This document shows, one piece after another, positions 53,611-63,245 of a stretch of DNA of 64,000 bases. The DNA is from Acidobacteriota bacterium. Its GTDB lineage: Bacteria; Acidobacteriota; UBA6911; RPQK01; JAJDTT01. The notes beneath the pieces were generated by a model. The model made no database searches, was not told where the DNA came from, and worked only from the letters and a program-made list of their open reading frames with translations. The DNA is taken from contig OZ242374.1 in assembly GCA_965209055.1 (NCBI GenBank), positions 576,001 to 640,000 on the forward strand. Direction: 5' to 3'. Position 1 is the first letter of the stretch. Every line of letters begins with the position of its first letter. A program made the translations under genes and the position numbers.

Positions 53611-54870
53611 ATGAGTTTCTTGACGGGTCTGGGCTGCAAGGAGTGCGACCAACGCTACCCGGCGGATCGGAGCTTCATTTGTCTCGAGTGCTTCGGGCCC
53701 TTGGAGGTCCTGTACGACTACGAGAAGATCGGGGCCAATCTGAATCCCGCCAAGATCGCCACCCGACCCCCGAATCTATGGCGCTACCGGGAGTTGCTGC
53801 CCTTGGATGGCGCGCCGGTGACCGGGTTCCACTCCGGCTTCACACCTTTGATCCGGGCGGACCGGCTGGCCCGCCGGCTGGGACTGAAGGAACTCTATCT
53901 CAAGGACGATTCGGTCAATCATCCCAGCTTCTCCTACAAGGACCGGGTCGTCTCCATCGCCCTGAGCCGGGGGAGGGAGTTGGGATACGAGGTCTTCTCC
54001 TGTGCGTCCACCGGCAATCTCGGCAACTCGGTGGCGGCCCACTGCGCCCGGACCGGTCTTCCCTGCCTTATCTTCATTCCCGAGACGACGGAACCGAGCA
54101 AGATTCTCGGCTCGCTCATCCATGGGCCCGAACTCGTGGGACTGGAGGGCAACTACGACGACGTGAACCGCCTCTGCGCCGAAATCGGCGACCACTACGG
54201 CTGGGGATTCGTCAACGTCAATCTCAGGCCCTACTACACCGAAGGGGCCAAAACCATGGGCTTCGAGATCGTGGAACAGTTGGGTTGGCGGCTTCCCGAC
54301 CACCTGGTCCTTCCCACGGCTGGAGGAACCCTGCTTCCCCGCGTCGCCAAGGCTCTCGAAGAGGTGGTGCACCTGGGCTGGGCCGAGGGCCACACCAAGA
54401 TCCACTGCGCCCAGGCGGCCGGTTGCGCGCCGGTGATCCGGGCCCTCCATCAGGGTCTCGACTACATCAACCCCGAGAAACCGAACACGGTGGCCAAGGC
54501 CATCGCCATCGGCGACCCGGCCGACGGCCCCTACGTGCTGCAGAACGTCCGCCAGTCCGGCGGCTGGGGAGAGATGGCGGAGGATGAGGAAATCCTGGCC
54601 GCCATTCGGCTGCTGGCGGAGACCGAGGGCGTCTTCACCGAACCGGCCGGAGGAACCACTCTGGCCGTCACCATCAAGCTTCTCCGCCAAAACCGGATCC
54701 GGCCCGACGAATCGGTGGTGGTCGGAATCACCGGAAACGGCTACAAGAGCCAGGACGTCTTCCTGGGAAGCGCCCGGATCTCGACGGTGATGCGCCCCAA
54801 CCTCATGGTCTTCCGGGAGTGGTACGAATCCCGGAAAGAAACGCCCATCGTGGCGTCGGCCGCCGTCTGA
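53611..54870 (+). CDS. thrC: Threonine synthase-family PLP enzyme (possible O-phosphohomoserine sulfhydrylase)
   Basis: N-terminal CxxC...CxxC, HPSFSYKDR (PLP lysine), ASTGN, EGAKT, EPAGG, ITGNG. Confidence 0.88.
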   Translation: MSFLTGLGCKECDQRYPADRSFICLECFGPLEVLYDYEKIGANLNPAKIATRPPNLWRYRELLPLDGAPVTGFHSGFTPLIRADRLARRLGLKELYLKDDSVNHPSFSYKDRVVSIALSRGRELGYEVFSCASTGNLGNSVAAHCARTGLPCLIFIPETTEPSKILGSLIHGPELVGLEGNYDDVNRLCAEIGDHYGWGFVNVNLRPYYTEGAKTMGFEIVEQLGWRLPDHLVLPTAGGTLLPRVAKALEEVVHLGWAEGHTKIHCAQAAGCAPVIRALHQGLDYINPEKPNTVAKAIAIGDPADGPYVLQNVRQSGGWGEMAEDEEILAAIRLLAETEGVFTEPAGGTTLAVTIKLLRQNRIRPDESVVVGITGNGYKSQDVFLGSARISTVMRPNLMVFREWYESRKETPIVASAAV

Positions 54871-54910
54871 GCCAGACCACCGCAGTGCCGACTCGATGGC
54901 CGCTGCCGCG

Positions 54911-54940
54911 TTGATGTAGCGCCGTCCGTTCAGTTATATT
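54911..54940 (+). promoter_or_regulatory. Probable tRNA promoter
   Basis: TTGATG-N18-TATATT, 11 nt before the tRNA. Confidence 0.55.
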
Positions 54941-54951
54941 CGATCGCCGTT

Positions 54952-55024
54952 GGCGGTGTAGCTCAGTGGTCAGAGCAGGCGGCTCATATCCGCCGAGTCG
55001 GGGGTTCGAGTCCCTCCACCGCCA
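54952..55024 (+). tRNA. tRNA-Met(CAT), elongator type; CCA not encoded
   Basis: Acceptor GGCGGTG/CACCGCC+A, D stem GCTC/GAGC, anticodon arm GGCGG-CTCATAT-CCGCC, T loop TTCGAGT. Confidence 0.95.
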
Positions 55025-55067
55025 TGCCAAATAACCGACCGCAGTCGGATTGAAGTCGGATCTCCCC

Positions 55068-56066
55068 ATGACACTCGCCATCCGCCCCCGCCGTCTGCGA
55101 ACCAGTCCCCGATTGCGCCGCATGGTCCGGGAGACCCGTCTCGAGCCGGGACAGTTGATTTATCCCATGTTCGTTCGCGAGGGGCGGGGCGTCCGGGAGG
55201 AGATCCCGTCCATGCCGGGCCAGTTCCGGTACTCGGTGGACGTTCTGGTCCAGGAGTTGGAACGGGTCCAGGAGTTGGAGATCGCCGGAGTGATGCTCTT
55301 CGGAATCCCGGACCCGTCGGAGAAGGACGCACTGGGAACCCCGGGATACGCCCAGGACGGGCTCATCTGCCGGGCTCTCCAGGCAGGCAGGGAGAAAGTC
55401 GGGGACCTGCTGCTGATCGCGGACGTCTGCCTCTGCGAATACACGGACCACGGGCACTGCGGACGCCTGCTGGACGATCCTCCCCGCGTCGACAACGACG
55501 GCACGCTCGAACTGCTCTCCCAGGAAGCCCTGGCCTACGCCCGGGCGGGCGCCCACCTGGTGGCCCCGTCGGACATGATGGACGGAAGGGTGGGGGCCAT
55601 CCGCAAAACTCTCGACTCGGAAGGTTTCCAGGAGACGGCGATCCTCTCGTACGCGGCCAAGTACGCCTCCGCCTACTACGGACCTTTCCGGGAAGCGGCC
55701 GAGTCGGCCCCCAGTTTCGGTGACCGGAAGAGCTACCAGATGGACCCGGCCAACGCCCGCGAGGCCGAACGGGAGGTCCGCCTGGATCTGGAGGAAGGGG
55801 CCGACATGGTCATGGTGAAACCGGCGCTGCCCTATCTGGACATCATCCACCGGGTCCGCCGAATGTCCGAAGTTCCGGTGGCCGCCTACCAGGTGAGCGG
55901 AGAATACAGCGCCCTCTGCGCGGCCTTCGCCCAGGGTTGGCTGAACCGGGACCAGGCCGTGAGGGAAACGTTGCTTTCGATCCGGCGAGCGGGAGCCGAC
56001 ATCATTCTGACCTATTTCGCGTGCGAGGTGGCCGAGAGGATTCGGCGCGGCGATTGGACCGAATAG
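55068..56066 (+). CDS. hemB: Porphobilinogen synthase
   Basis: RPRRLR, DVCLCEYTDHGHCG, PSDMMDGR, YGPFREA, MVKP. Confidence 0.97.
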   Translation: MTLAIRPRRLRTSPRLRRMVRETRLEPGQLIYPMFVREGRGVREEIPSMPGQFRYSVDVLVQELERVQELEIAGVMLFGIPDPSEKDALGTPGYAQDGLICRALQAGREKVGDLLLIADVCLCEYTDHGHCGRLLDDPPRVDNDGTLELLSQEALAYARAGAHLVAPSDMMDGRVGAIRKTLDSEGFQETAILSYAAKYASAYYGPFREAAESAPSFGDRKSYQMDPANAREAEREVRLDLEEGADMVMVKPALPYLDIIHRVRRMSEVPVAAYQVSGEYSALCAAFAQGWLNRDQAVRETLLSIRRAGADIILTYFACEVAERIRRGDWTE

Positions 56067-56086
56067 GACAAACCAGGGGGAACTCC

Positions 56087-57427
56087 TTGAAAAACCGGAA
56101 CGACTCGTCGGAAGCGGGCAGGCTCCAGGCCAACGCCGAGAGCACTGCCTTGATGGATCGGGCCCGGCAGGTCATGCCGGGCGGCGTCAACAGTCCGGTG
56201 CGGGCCTTCAAGGCGGTGGGGGGGAGTCCTCCCTTCCTGCGGTCGGGGAACGGTTCGCAGGTGGTGGACATGGACGGCAACCGCTACGTGGACTACCTGG
56301 GCTCCTGGGGTCCGCTGATCCTGGGACATGCCCGGCCCGAAGTCGTCCAGGCGGTGACCGAAGCGGCGCAGCGGGGGACCAGCTACGGAGCGCCCACCGA
56401 GGGAGAGGTGCTGCTGGCCGAGAAGATCTGCGGCCTGTTTCCCTCCATCGAGAAGGTGAGGCTGGTCAACTCGGGCACCGAGGCCACCATGACCGCGTTG
56501 CGGCTCGCCCGCGCCTACACCGGCCGTTCCCTGGTGGTGAAATTCGACGGCTGCTACCACGGTCACTCCGACGGCCTGCTGGTCCAGGCGGGATCCGGTG
56601 TGCTGACTCTGGGATTGGCCGACAGCCCCGGAGTCCCCGAAGGCTATGCCCGGGAGACGCTGACCGTTCCCTTCAACGATCTCGACCGGTTGGAAGCCGC
56701 CTTCGGCGCCTATCCCGATCGGATCGCGGCCGTCATCCTGGAGCCGGTGCCCGCCAACATGGGAGTGTTGCTTCCTCATGAGGGGTTTCTCCAGGGCGTT
56801 TTGGAGCTGGGTGAGGCTCACGGCGCCGTGGTCATCTTCGATGAGGTGATCACCGGGTTCCGGCTGGCGCTGGGAGGGGCTCAGGAACGATTCTCGGTGG
56901 CGGCTCCCATGACCTGCCTGGGCAAGGTGGTGGGCGGCGGGCTGCCCATCGGCGCCTACGGCGGGCGCAAGGACATCATGGAAATGATGGCTCCCCAGGG
57001 CTCCGTCTACCAGGCGGGGACTCTTTCCGGGAATCCCATTGCCGTGGCGGCCGGCCTGAAGACGCTGGAGATCCTGGAACGGGACCGCCCCTACGAAGCC
57101 ATGGAGGAAAGAGCGTCCGAACTGTGCCGGGGATTGAGGGAGGCGGGCGGCCGCCACTCGATTCCTCTTCAGGTCCAGCGTTGCGGCTCCATGCTCACGC
57201 CGTTTCACCGGGAGGGACCGGTCACGGGATTCGCCGAGGCCAAGACCTGCGACCTGCAACGTTTCGCCGCCTTTTTCCGCGGGATGCTGGATCGCGGCGT
57301 CTACACGGCGCCCTCCCAGTTCGAGGCCAATTTCGTCTCGGCCGCCCACTCCGATGCGGATGTCCGGAAGACGCTGGAAGCCGCGGATGAGACACTGGGC
57401 ACACTTGCGTCCGGCCACATCCGATAG
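56087..57427 (+). CDS. hemL: Glutamate-1-semialdehyde 2,1-aminomutase
   Basis: PGGVNSPVRAF, NSGTEA, YHGH, FDEVITGFR, GKVVGGG, QAGTLSGNP. Confidence 0.97.
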   Translation: MKNRNDSSEAGRLQANAESTALMDRARQVMPGGVNSPVRAFKAVGGSPPFLRSGNGSQVVDMDGNRYVDYLGSWGPLILGHARPEVVQAVTEAAQRGTSYGAPTEGEVLLAEKICGLFPSIEKVRLVNSGTEATMTALRLARAYTGRSLVVKFDGCYHGHSDGLLVQAGSGVLTLGLADSPGVPEGYARETLTVPFNDLDRLEAAFGAYPDRIAAVILEPVPANMGVLLPHEGFLQGVLELGEAHGAVVIFDEVITGFRLALGGAQERFSVAAPMTCLGKVVGGGLPIGAYGGRKDIMEMMAPQGSVYQAGTLSGNPIAVAAGLKTLEILERDRPYEAMEERASELCRGLREAGGRHSIPLQVQRCGSMLTPFHREGPVTGFAEAKTCDLQRFAAFFRGMLDRGVYTAPSQFEANFVSAAHSDADVRKTLEAADETLGTLASGHIR

Positions 57428-57466
57428 TCGGACCGGTCCGGACTGTTGCGGAGACAAGGGCCCCGG

Positions 57467-60400
57467 CTATCGGGATGGGGAAGTCGCCGCGGCCGGGGCC
57501 GGGTGGGGCAGCCGGTCACCGGAACCGCCGACCCGGACTCCGACGACCAGGCCGGGTCCGTACGATGACTGGCTGTAGGAGCAGAACCAGGTCAGCAGGC
57601 GGTCGGGCCGCAGCCGCACCGCATAGCCGGCGCCGGCGTCCACGCCCCAATCGGCCGGTTGCGCGCCGCCCCGGTAGCCGCGGTAGACCTGCTCCTGCCA
57701 GAGTCTGCCGCCGCCGTTGGCCTGATCTCCCCAGCGCGGCGACAGCGACAGCGACAGGCCTTGCTGCCGGCTCCCCACGCTGAGCGTCACCCCGACTCCT
57801 CGCTCGCGATATCCGGCGGCCGAATGCAGCACCAGCATCCGCCCCTGGGCGTCGACCCGCACCCGGCCCCCAGCCGCCCGCAGGCCGCCGGCCAACTCCA
57901 GGCCGGTCCCCGTCTGTCCCGCCCCGCCGTCGCGCCGCACGTGCGCCTCGACAAACGGCGCCAGCGCCAGTCCGTTTTTCATCCGCACCGGACGCGACAC
58001 GTCCGTGCCGAAGCGCGCCTGGCTGACCCCCACCCGGTGCGCGTCGATGGTCTCCTCCCCCGCCCCGGTGGCCAGCCGCGCCCACGCCGCGTCCCCCCGC
58101 AGACCGATCTCGGCCCGGCCGCCCGCCGCGCCGTAGCGCCGCCGCACCTCCACCAGGCCCAGGCCCAGGCCCAGACCGCTGGTTCCCAGGCGACCGCTCC
58201 GCCGCACGTTCTCCACTTCGCCCCAGCCTCCGCCGCCCAGCGCCGAGAACGAGGTCCTCCCATCCGACCAGTGCAGGTACGGGTGCACCGCCGTCAGCGT
58301 TGCCGCCAGCGAGCCGCTCGACCCGCCCACGCGCCAGTCGCCCGATCCCTGACTGCGCGCCAGCGCCACTCCCGCCAACCAGCTCTCCGACAGCCACGTG
58401 TCCAGTCCCAAGTACCCGGTCCGCAGGTCGCCACCGTAGCCCACCGCCGCCGATCGCGCCCCTTGAAACGTCTGGAGGTCCCCCTGGCCCCACACCTGCC
58501 AGCGCCTCCCGGGACGCGTCGGTTCGTCCGCCGCCTCGCCTCCGCCCCAAGCCACCACGAACTCCGTGCCGCTCAGCCACCGGTCCGGCCCGAGTCCGTC
58601 TCCTCCGTACCCGACAGGGCTTCCCAGCCTCCCGGCGCAGTCCCGCTGCGCACCGGCGCCCGGCCCCATCGGGCACTCAGGATCTCCTCCCGGCGCCACA
58701 CCCATCGCGCCGCCGCCGAACGACCCCAACCCGGGCCGCCTCGCCGGGTTCGAATACCGGCCGGCGTACGGCCGGCCGCTCGACATGAACCGCTCCGCCT
58801 CCGTCCGGCTCAGCGGCACCCTCCGTCCCATCACCCTCAGCTCGGTCCGCCGGCCGGGGCCCGCCGCCGCCCGCCGCCCCAGCGTCATCCGCGCGCTCGC
58901 CAGGTGCGACCGCGCCAGGGCCGCCAGCGTATCCTCCACCACCGCGCGCACGAGCCGGTCGCTCACCCCCACCCCGAACGTCTGCGTCGCCCTCATCCCA
59001 TCCGGGTCCTCCCCCGTCACCCGGACCGTCGCCCTCCCGTATTCCACCGGCGTCAGAGTCAGCGTCTCTCCGCTCACCCCCACCGTCACCACCAGCGCAT
59101 CCGACGACGACGCGCGGAAGATCAGCGGGTCCCCGTCGGCGTCGCGGAAGTACCGGCCCAACTCCACCGTCACCTCCGAACCGCCCTCGTCCAGATCCTG
59201 ATCCGGAATCGTCCCGACGGTCACCGGCGCATCGTTCGCCGACACCACAACCACCTCCACGGCCGCTTCCGCCGTCCCGCCGGCTCCGTCGGAGACCACA
59301 TAGGTGAACCGGTCCGTTCCGTGGTAGTTCGCCTCCGGCGTATAGGCCACGCCCCCGGAGACGGACCTCGCCGTCCCGTGCTCCGGGGCCGAGACGCTCT
59401 CGACGTGCAGGGCGTCGCCGTCCGGATCCGTGTCATTGGCCAGCACGTCCACCGTGACTCGCTGGTCCTCCTCCGTTCGCGCCTCGTCGTCCTTTGCCTC
59501 CGGCGCTTCATTCAGGTTGGTCACCGTCACCACAATCGGAACTCTCGCCTCCGCCCCGTGGGGGTCGCGGGCCCGGGCCGTCAGCTCGTACCGGTTCGGC
59601 TCCGACTCGAAGTCCTCCCCCGGACCGGCATAGGTGACGGCGCCGTTTTGCGCCCCGATGGCGAAAAGCTCGCGGTCGCCGGACAGCAACGCGTAGGTCA
59701 CCTCGTCGCCGTCCGGATCCGACGCCGTCACGAGACCGAGGGCCACGGGTCGTTGGCGGCCATCCAGGTTCTCGCGCAGTTCGAAGGCATAGGCCGGCTC
59801 CCCGAACACCGGCGGCTCGTTGACGACTTCGACGACGACCTCGGCCGACGCCGTACCGCCACGGCCGTCGGAGACCACCACCCGGATCGTGACCGTCCCG
59901 GTCCCGTCAGGCGCACGCCAGCGCGCCGTAGCGGCGTCGGCGGCTCCGATGAAACCGCCCTGAGGCGCGCTCCACGAGTACGTCAACGGGTCGTCTTCCG
60001 GGTCTGACGCCGTCGCCGTCAGACTCACCTCGCCGCCCGGATCCACCGTGCACGGGTCGCACGTCGCCGTCACCGTGGGCGGCCAGTTGTCCTGGACGAC
60101 CTCGACGTTCACGACGGCCGACGCCGTACCCCCCCGGCCGTCGGAGACCTCGATTCGGATCGTGACGGTCCCGGTGGCTTCCGGTGCCCGCCAGCGCGCC
60201 GTGGCGGCGTTGGCGGCTCCGATGAAGCCGCCCCGCGGCGCGCTCCACGTGTAGGTCAGCGGGTCGCCGTCCGGGTCCGACGCCGTCGCCGTCAGACTCA
60301 CCTCGCCGCCCGGATCCACCGTGCACGGGTCGCACGACGCCGTCACTGTGGGCCGGCGGTTCCCCGGCGGCGGAGGGTTCGGACGCTTCACCTCGACGTT

Positions 60401-62698
60401 CACTACGGCCGACGCCGTCCCCCCCCGGCCGTCGGAGACCTGGATTCGGACCCGGACGGTTCCAGTGGCGCCCGGCGCCCGCCAGAATGCCACCGCGACG
60501 TTGGCGGCTCCGATGAAGCCGCCCTGAGGCGCGCTCCACGAGTACGTCAACGGATCGCCGTCCGGGTCCGACGCCGTCGCCGTCAGACGCACCTCGCCAC
60601 CCGGGGCCACCGTGCAGGGATTGCACGACGCCCTCACCGTGGGCGGGCGGTTCCCCCGCGGCGGCCTGGTGTCGTCATCGTTCGTGCGCACCGTCACGTC
60701 GCCGGTCACGCCGTCGTAGCCGCCGCCCGACGCCGTGTGCGTCAACGTCACCGTCTCCGAGACCGTGTTCGAATCCTGGGCCGCCGTCACCGTCACCGTC
60801 TGACCCGCGCTCCAGTTCGCCGTCGTGAACCCCAGCGACGTCCGGCTGACGCCGACCCCCCGGCCCGCGCCGGTGATCGACACGGTCACCCCGGCGCCCG
60901 GTTGGGTCGCCAGGGCCACCGTGTAATCCTCCGTCGAGCCCTCGTCCACCGGCACGTCGGTCCGGCTGAACACCAAGCCGGGCTCGCCCGGCGCGCCGGT
61001 CGTCGTCTCCGTGCCCTCCCACCAGGCATAGCCGGGGAGTTGAAATCCGTCCTGGCCAAGCCCGGTCAGGGGTATCGCCCGGAGGTCATAGGATGTGCTG
61101 GGAGAAAGGCCCCGCCAGACCTTGCGTCTCGCCGTGGTCTTGGACGTGCGGAAGACGCCCGGGCCCTGGATCTCGAGTTCGTAGCCGGCCGCTCCCTCGA
61201 CGCCGGGCCAGGTGAGGGTGATCTCATCGTGCGTGGCCGACGTCGTCACGTCCATCCGCTTCCGAGTGTCGACGACGAAGACGGCCACGTCGTCGATGGC
61301 CGCGCCATCGTAGGCGCCGCCGCTCGCCTGGTGCGAAATCGCGGCGCTGCCCGTCCCGGCGCCCGTGACCGTCACCGTCTGGGCGACGTTCCAGTCCGAC
61401 GGCGTGAACGTCAGGCTTGCGGGCAACACCGTCGCCACGCCGGCGTTGCCGCTCGACGCCGTGATGGTCACGTCCGCACTCGGCTCCACGTCCAGGACCA
61501 CGCTGTACGGGCCGGTGTTTCCCGCATCCAAATCGAGGACTGTCGGCGAAACGGTGACGGCCGGGAGGTCGTTGTCGACAATGCTGACGGTGTCCCCGTT
61601 CAGGATCGGGATGATCTCCCGGATGAACTCATTGTCTGTTATCAGGCTCAGAACGACATCGAAACTCTCGTTCCCCTCCACAGTGTCATCGTCGACGGTA
61701 GATACGTCGAACGTGCGCGTTTCGCCCCCGGTGCCATCGAAGGTGAGGGTCTGCGGGGTGTTGTCGTAGTCGACCCCGCCGGTGGCGGTCACATCCGCGA
61801 ACGTCACGCCCACCTGGAACCCCCGCACCACGCCATGCAGCAGCGTAACGTCGAACGTCACCGCTTCGCCTTCATTCGGCAGGTGATTTGATGCCCGCGC
61901 GGTGACCGACGTGACATCGTTGTTTTGAATGATGCCGACTGCGGTATCGCTGACGTCGATGTTCGGGTCGGGCACCGCCAGTGCCAGGTGGACCGTGAAG
62001 TGCTCGTGACCCTCCACCTGCTCATCTTCGGCGATGGTTACGTTGAAACGCGCCTGATGACGAGCTCCGGGCTGATCGTCCGCGCCGAACCTGAGAGTCT
62101 TCTGGGTGTTATCGTAGTCGACCCCGGAGTCACCGATGGCGCCGCCTTTCGCGGTCCCGTCCTCCAACGTGACTGTCACCTCGAGGTTTCTGGGCTCGGA
62201 ATTGTTCAGCGTAACCTCGAATGCCGCGAATCCGCCGCCCTCCGGCACGGTGACGTCTTCCACGGTGAGGCTCGCCGTGTCGTCGTTCGTGATCGTTCCG
62301 GTGGCGGTATCGCTGTCGTCGACATCGTCGTCGTTTGCGTGCAGCGATACCGTGAAAGTCTCGTCGTCTTCGTAGTTGGCGTCTTCGACGGTGGCCACGG
62401 TATAGGTGTGCGCCTCCCCGTCGTTGCCTGCAAAGGTGCGTTGTTGAGTGCCGCCCACGTAGTCGCTGTGCGGCGTGGTGGCTCTGGCGCTCCCCGGGGC
62501 GGTGTTGAAGTTCACATTGAACCCGGACGACGTCGCCCCGTTCAGCGTGACGGTGAACACCAGGTCCTCGCCTTCCTCCGCACTGACGTCCTCGACCGTC
62601 AGCGTCTGGGCGGCGGCGCCCGAGGAAAGCAGGAAGGCGCACACTGCGAGCAGGAGTGCGGTCCACAGGGAAGGTCCGGAAACCGGGCGCCGTCCCAT
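57467..62698 (-). CDS. Giant surface adhesin (~1740 aa): 3x Calx-beta, FN3-like, 3x PKD-like, cadherin, Ig-like domains, C-terminal autotransporter-like beta-barrel
   Basis: Signal peptide ending AAAQ; DDxxxEGxExFxV Calx-beta motifs; DPDGDPLTYSW repeats; ELRENLDG...ASDPDGDEVTY cadherin; NDTDPDGD; barrel segment WQVWGQGD...GLSLSLSPRWG. Confidence 0.9.
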   Translation of the reverse strand: MGRRPVSGPSLWTALLLAVCAFLLSSGAAAQTLTVEDVSAEEGEDLVFTVTLNGATSSGFNVNFNTAPGSARATTPHSDYVGGTQQRTFAGNDGEAHTYTVATVEDANYEDDETFTVSLHANDDDVDDSDTATGTITNDDTASLTVEDVTVPEGGGFAAFEVTLNNSEPRNLEVTVTLEDGTAKGGAIGDSGVDYDNTQKTLRFGADDQPGARHQARFNVTIAEDEQVEGHEHFTVHLALAVPDPNIDVSDTAVGIIQNNDVTSVTARASNHLPNEGEAVTFDVTLLHGVVRGFQVGVTFADVTATGGVDYDNTPQTLTFDGTGGETRTFDVSTVDDDTVEGNESFDVVLSLITDNEFIREIIPILNGDTVSIVDNDLPAVTVSPTVLDLDAGNTGPYSVVLDVEPSADVTITASSGNAGVATVLPASLTFTPSDWNVAQTVTVTGAGTGSAAISHQASGGAYDGAAIDDVAVFVVDTRKRMDVTTSATHDEITLTWPGVEGAAGYELEIQGPGVFRTSKTTARRKVWRGLSPSTSYDLRAIPLTGLGQDGFQLPGYAWWEGTETTTGAPGEPGLVFSRTDVPVDEGSTEDYTVALATQPGAGVTVSITGAGRGVGVSRTSLGFTTANWSAGQTVTVTAAQDSNTVSETVTLTHTASGGGYDGVTGDVTVRTNDDDTRPPRGNRPPTVRASCNPCTVAPGGEVRLTATASDPDGDPLTYSWSAPQGGFIGAANVAVAFWRAPGATGTVRVRIQVSDGRGGTASAVVNVEVKRPNPPPPGNRRPTVTASCDPCTVDPGGEVSLTATASDPDGDPLTYTWSAPRGGFIGAANAATARWRAPEATGTVTIRIEVSDGRGGTASAVVNVEVVQDNWPPTVTATCDPCTVDPGGEVSLTATASDPEDDPLTYSWSAPQGGFIGAADAATARWRAPDGTGTVTIRVVVSDGRGGTASAEVVVEVVNEPPVFGEPAYAFELRENLDGRQRPVALGLVTASDPDGDEVTYALLSGDRELFAIGAQNGAVTYAGPGEDFESEPNRYELTARARDPHGAEARVPIVVTVTNLNEAPEAKDDEARTEEDQRVTVDVLANDTDPDGDALHVESVSAPEHGTARSVSGGVAYTPEANYHGTDRFTYVVSDGAGGTAEAAVEVVVVSANDAPVTVGTIPDQDLDEGGSEVTVELGRYFRDADGDPLIFRASSSDALVVTVGVSGETLTLTPVEYGRATVRVTGEDPDGMRATQTFGVGVSDRLVRAVVEDTLAALARSHLASARMTLGRRAAAGPGRRTELRVMGRRVPLSRTEAERFMSSGRPYAGRYSNPARRPGLGSFGGGAMGVAPGGDPECPMGPGAGAQRDCAGRLGSPVGYGGDGLGPDRWLSGTEFVVAWGGGEAADEPTRPGRRWQVWGQGDLQTFQGARSAAVGYGGDLRTGYLGLDTWLSESWLAGVALARSQGSGDWRVGGSSGSLAATLTAVHPYLHWSDGRTSFSALGGGGWGEVENVRRSGRLGTSGLGLGLGLVEVRRRYGAAGGRAEIGLRGDAAWARLATGAGEETIDAHRVGVSQARFGTDVSRPVRMKNGLALAPFVEAHVRRDGGAGQTGTGLELAGGLRAAGGRVRVDAQGRMLVLHSAAGYRERGVGVTLSVGSRQQGLSLSLSPRWGDQANGGGRLWQEQVYRGYRGGAQPADWGVDAGAGYAVRLRPDRLLTWFCSYSQSSYGPGLVVGVRVGGSGDRLPHPAPAAATSPSR
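59820..60655 (-). repeat. Three tandem ~90-aa PKD-like domain repeats (periods 273 and 291 bp)
   Basis: Anchor GACGCCGTCGCCGTCAGAC at 60006, 60279 and 60570; long identical DNA tracts. Confidence 0.93.
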
Positions 62699-63185
62699 TG
62701 CCGGACGGGGCGGCCGGCACTCACCTCCCCGCCCCGCGGCCGATGGTCCAGTTCTCCGGGTTTTCGACCGTCCACCGATTTGTCGCCGATCACATGCGCA
62801 TCCTCCAGACCGAGCAGGATGCACACGCATCACGCCCTGCCTAAAGGTGTCGTCGCACGTGCCGCCGGACTCAAGTGGCAAGCCAAACGGGGATCGCCGG
62901 AAGAGAGCCGATGATCACTCGACCGCTGATGGGTTTCCCGAGCGCCAGAGCGCGGCGGATACATCAATACAGGCACCGAAGAGGACGGTTGGGACCCTTT
63001 AACGAACGCCGAGAAGATGAGAACAGGGAAACCAGCTTCCGTAAGTCGCCGGTGCAGGTCCCAGTTTCAGATATTTGAAGTTAGGGTACAGACTGTGAGG
63101 TGAGGAAACAGGACTTTGTGTGATATTATCGAGTCAATACACACTCGTATTGTGACAATACTGTGCTATTTCAGCCATCTGCACG

Positions 63186-63245
63186 GTCATCGACGAGGAG
63201 ACCGGTCAAATGCGGGGCCTGATCGGCGACCTGTTGGATCAGGGA
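63186..63245 (+). pseudogene. Histidine kinase (HisKA helix 2)-like remnant
   Basis: VIDEETGQMRGLIGDLLD with no H-box upstream and no ATPase domain downstream. Confidence 0.4.

Noticed and set aside
54952-55024. tRNA-Ile2 (TilS substrate, given nearby tilS) or initiator tRNA
   Set aside because: G1-C72 is paired and the anticodon stem lacks the three consecutive G-C pairs of fMet; acceptor G4/G5 lacks the C4/C5 pattern typical of Ile2
62700-63100. c-di-GMP riboswitch upstream of the adhesin
   Set aside because: The GEMM consensus elements could not be found on the minus strand
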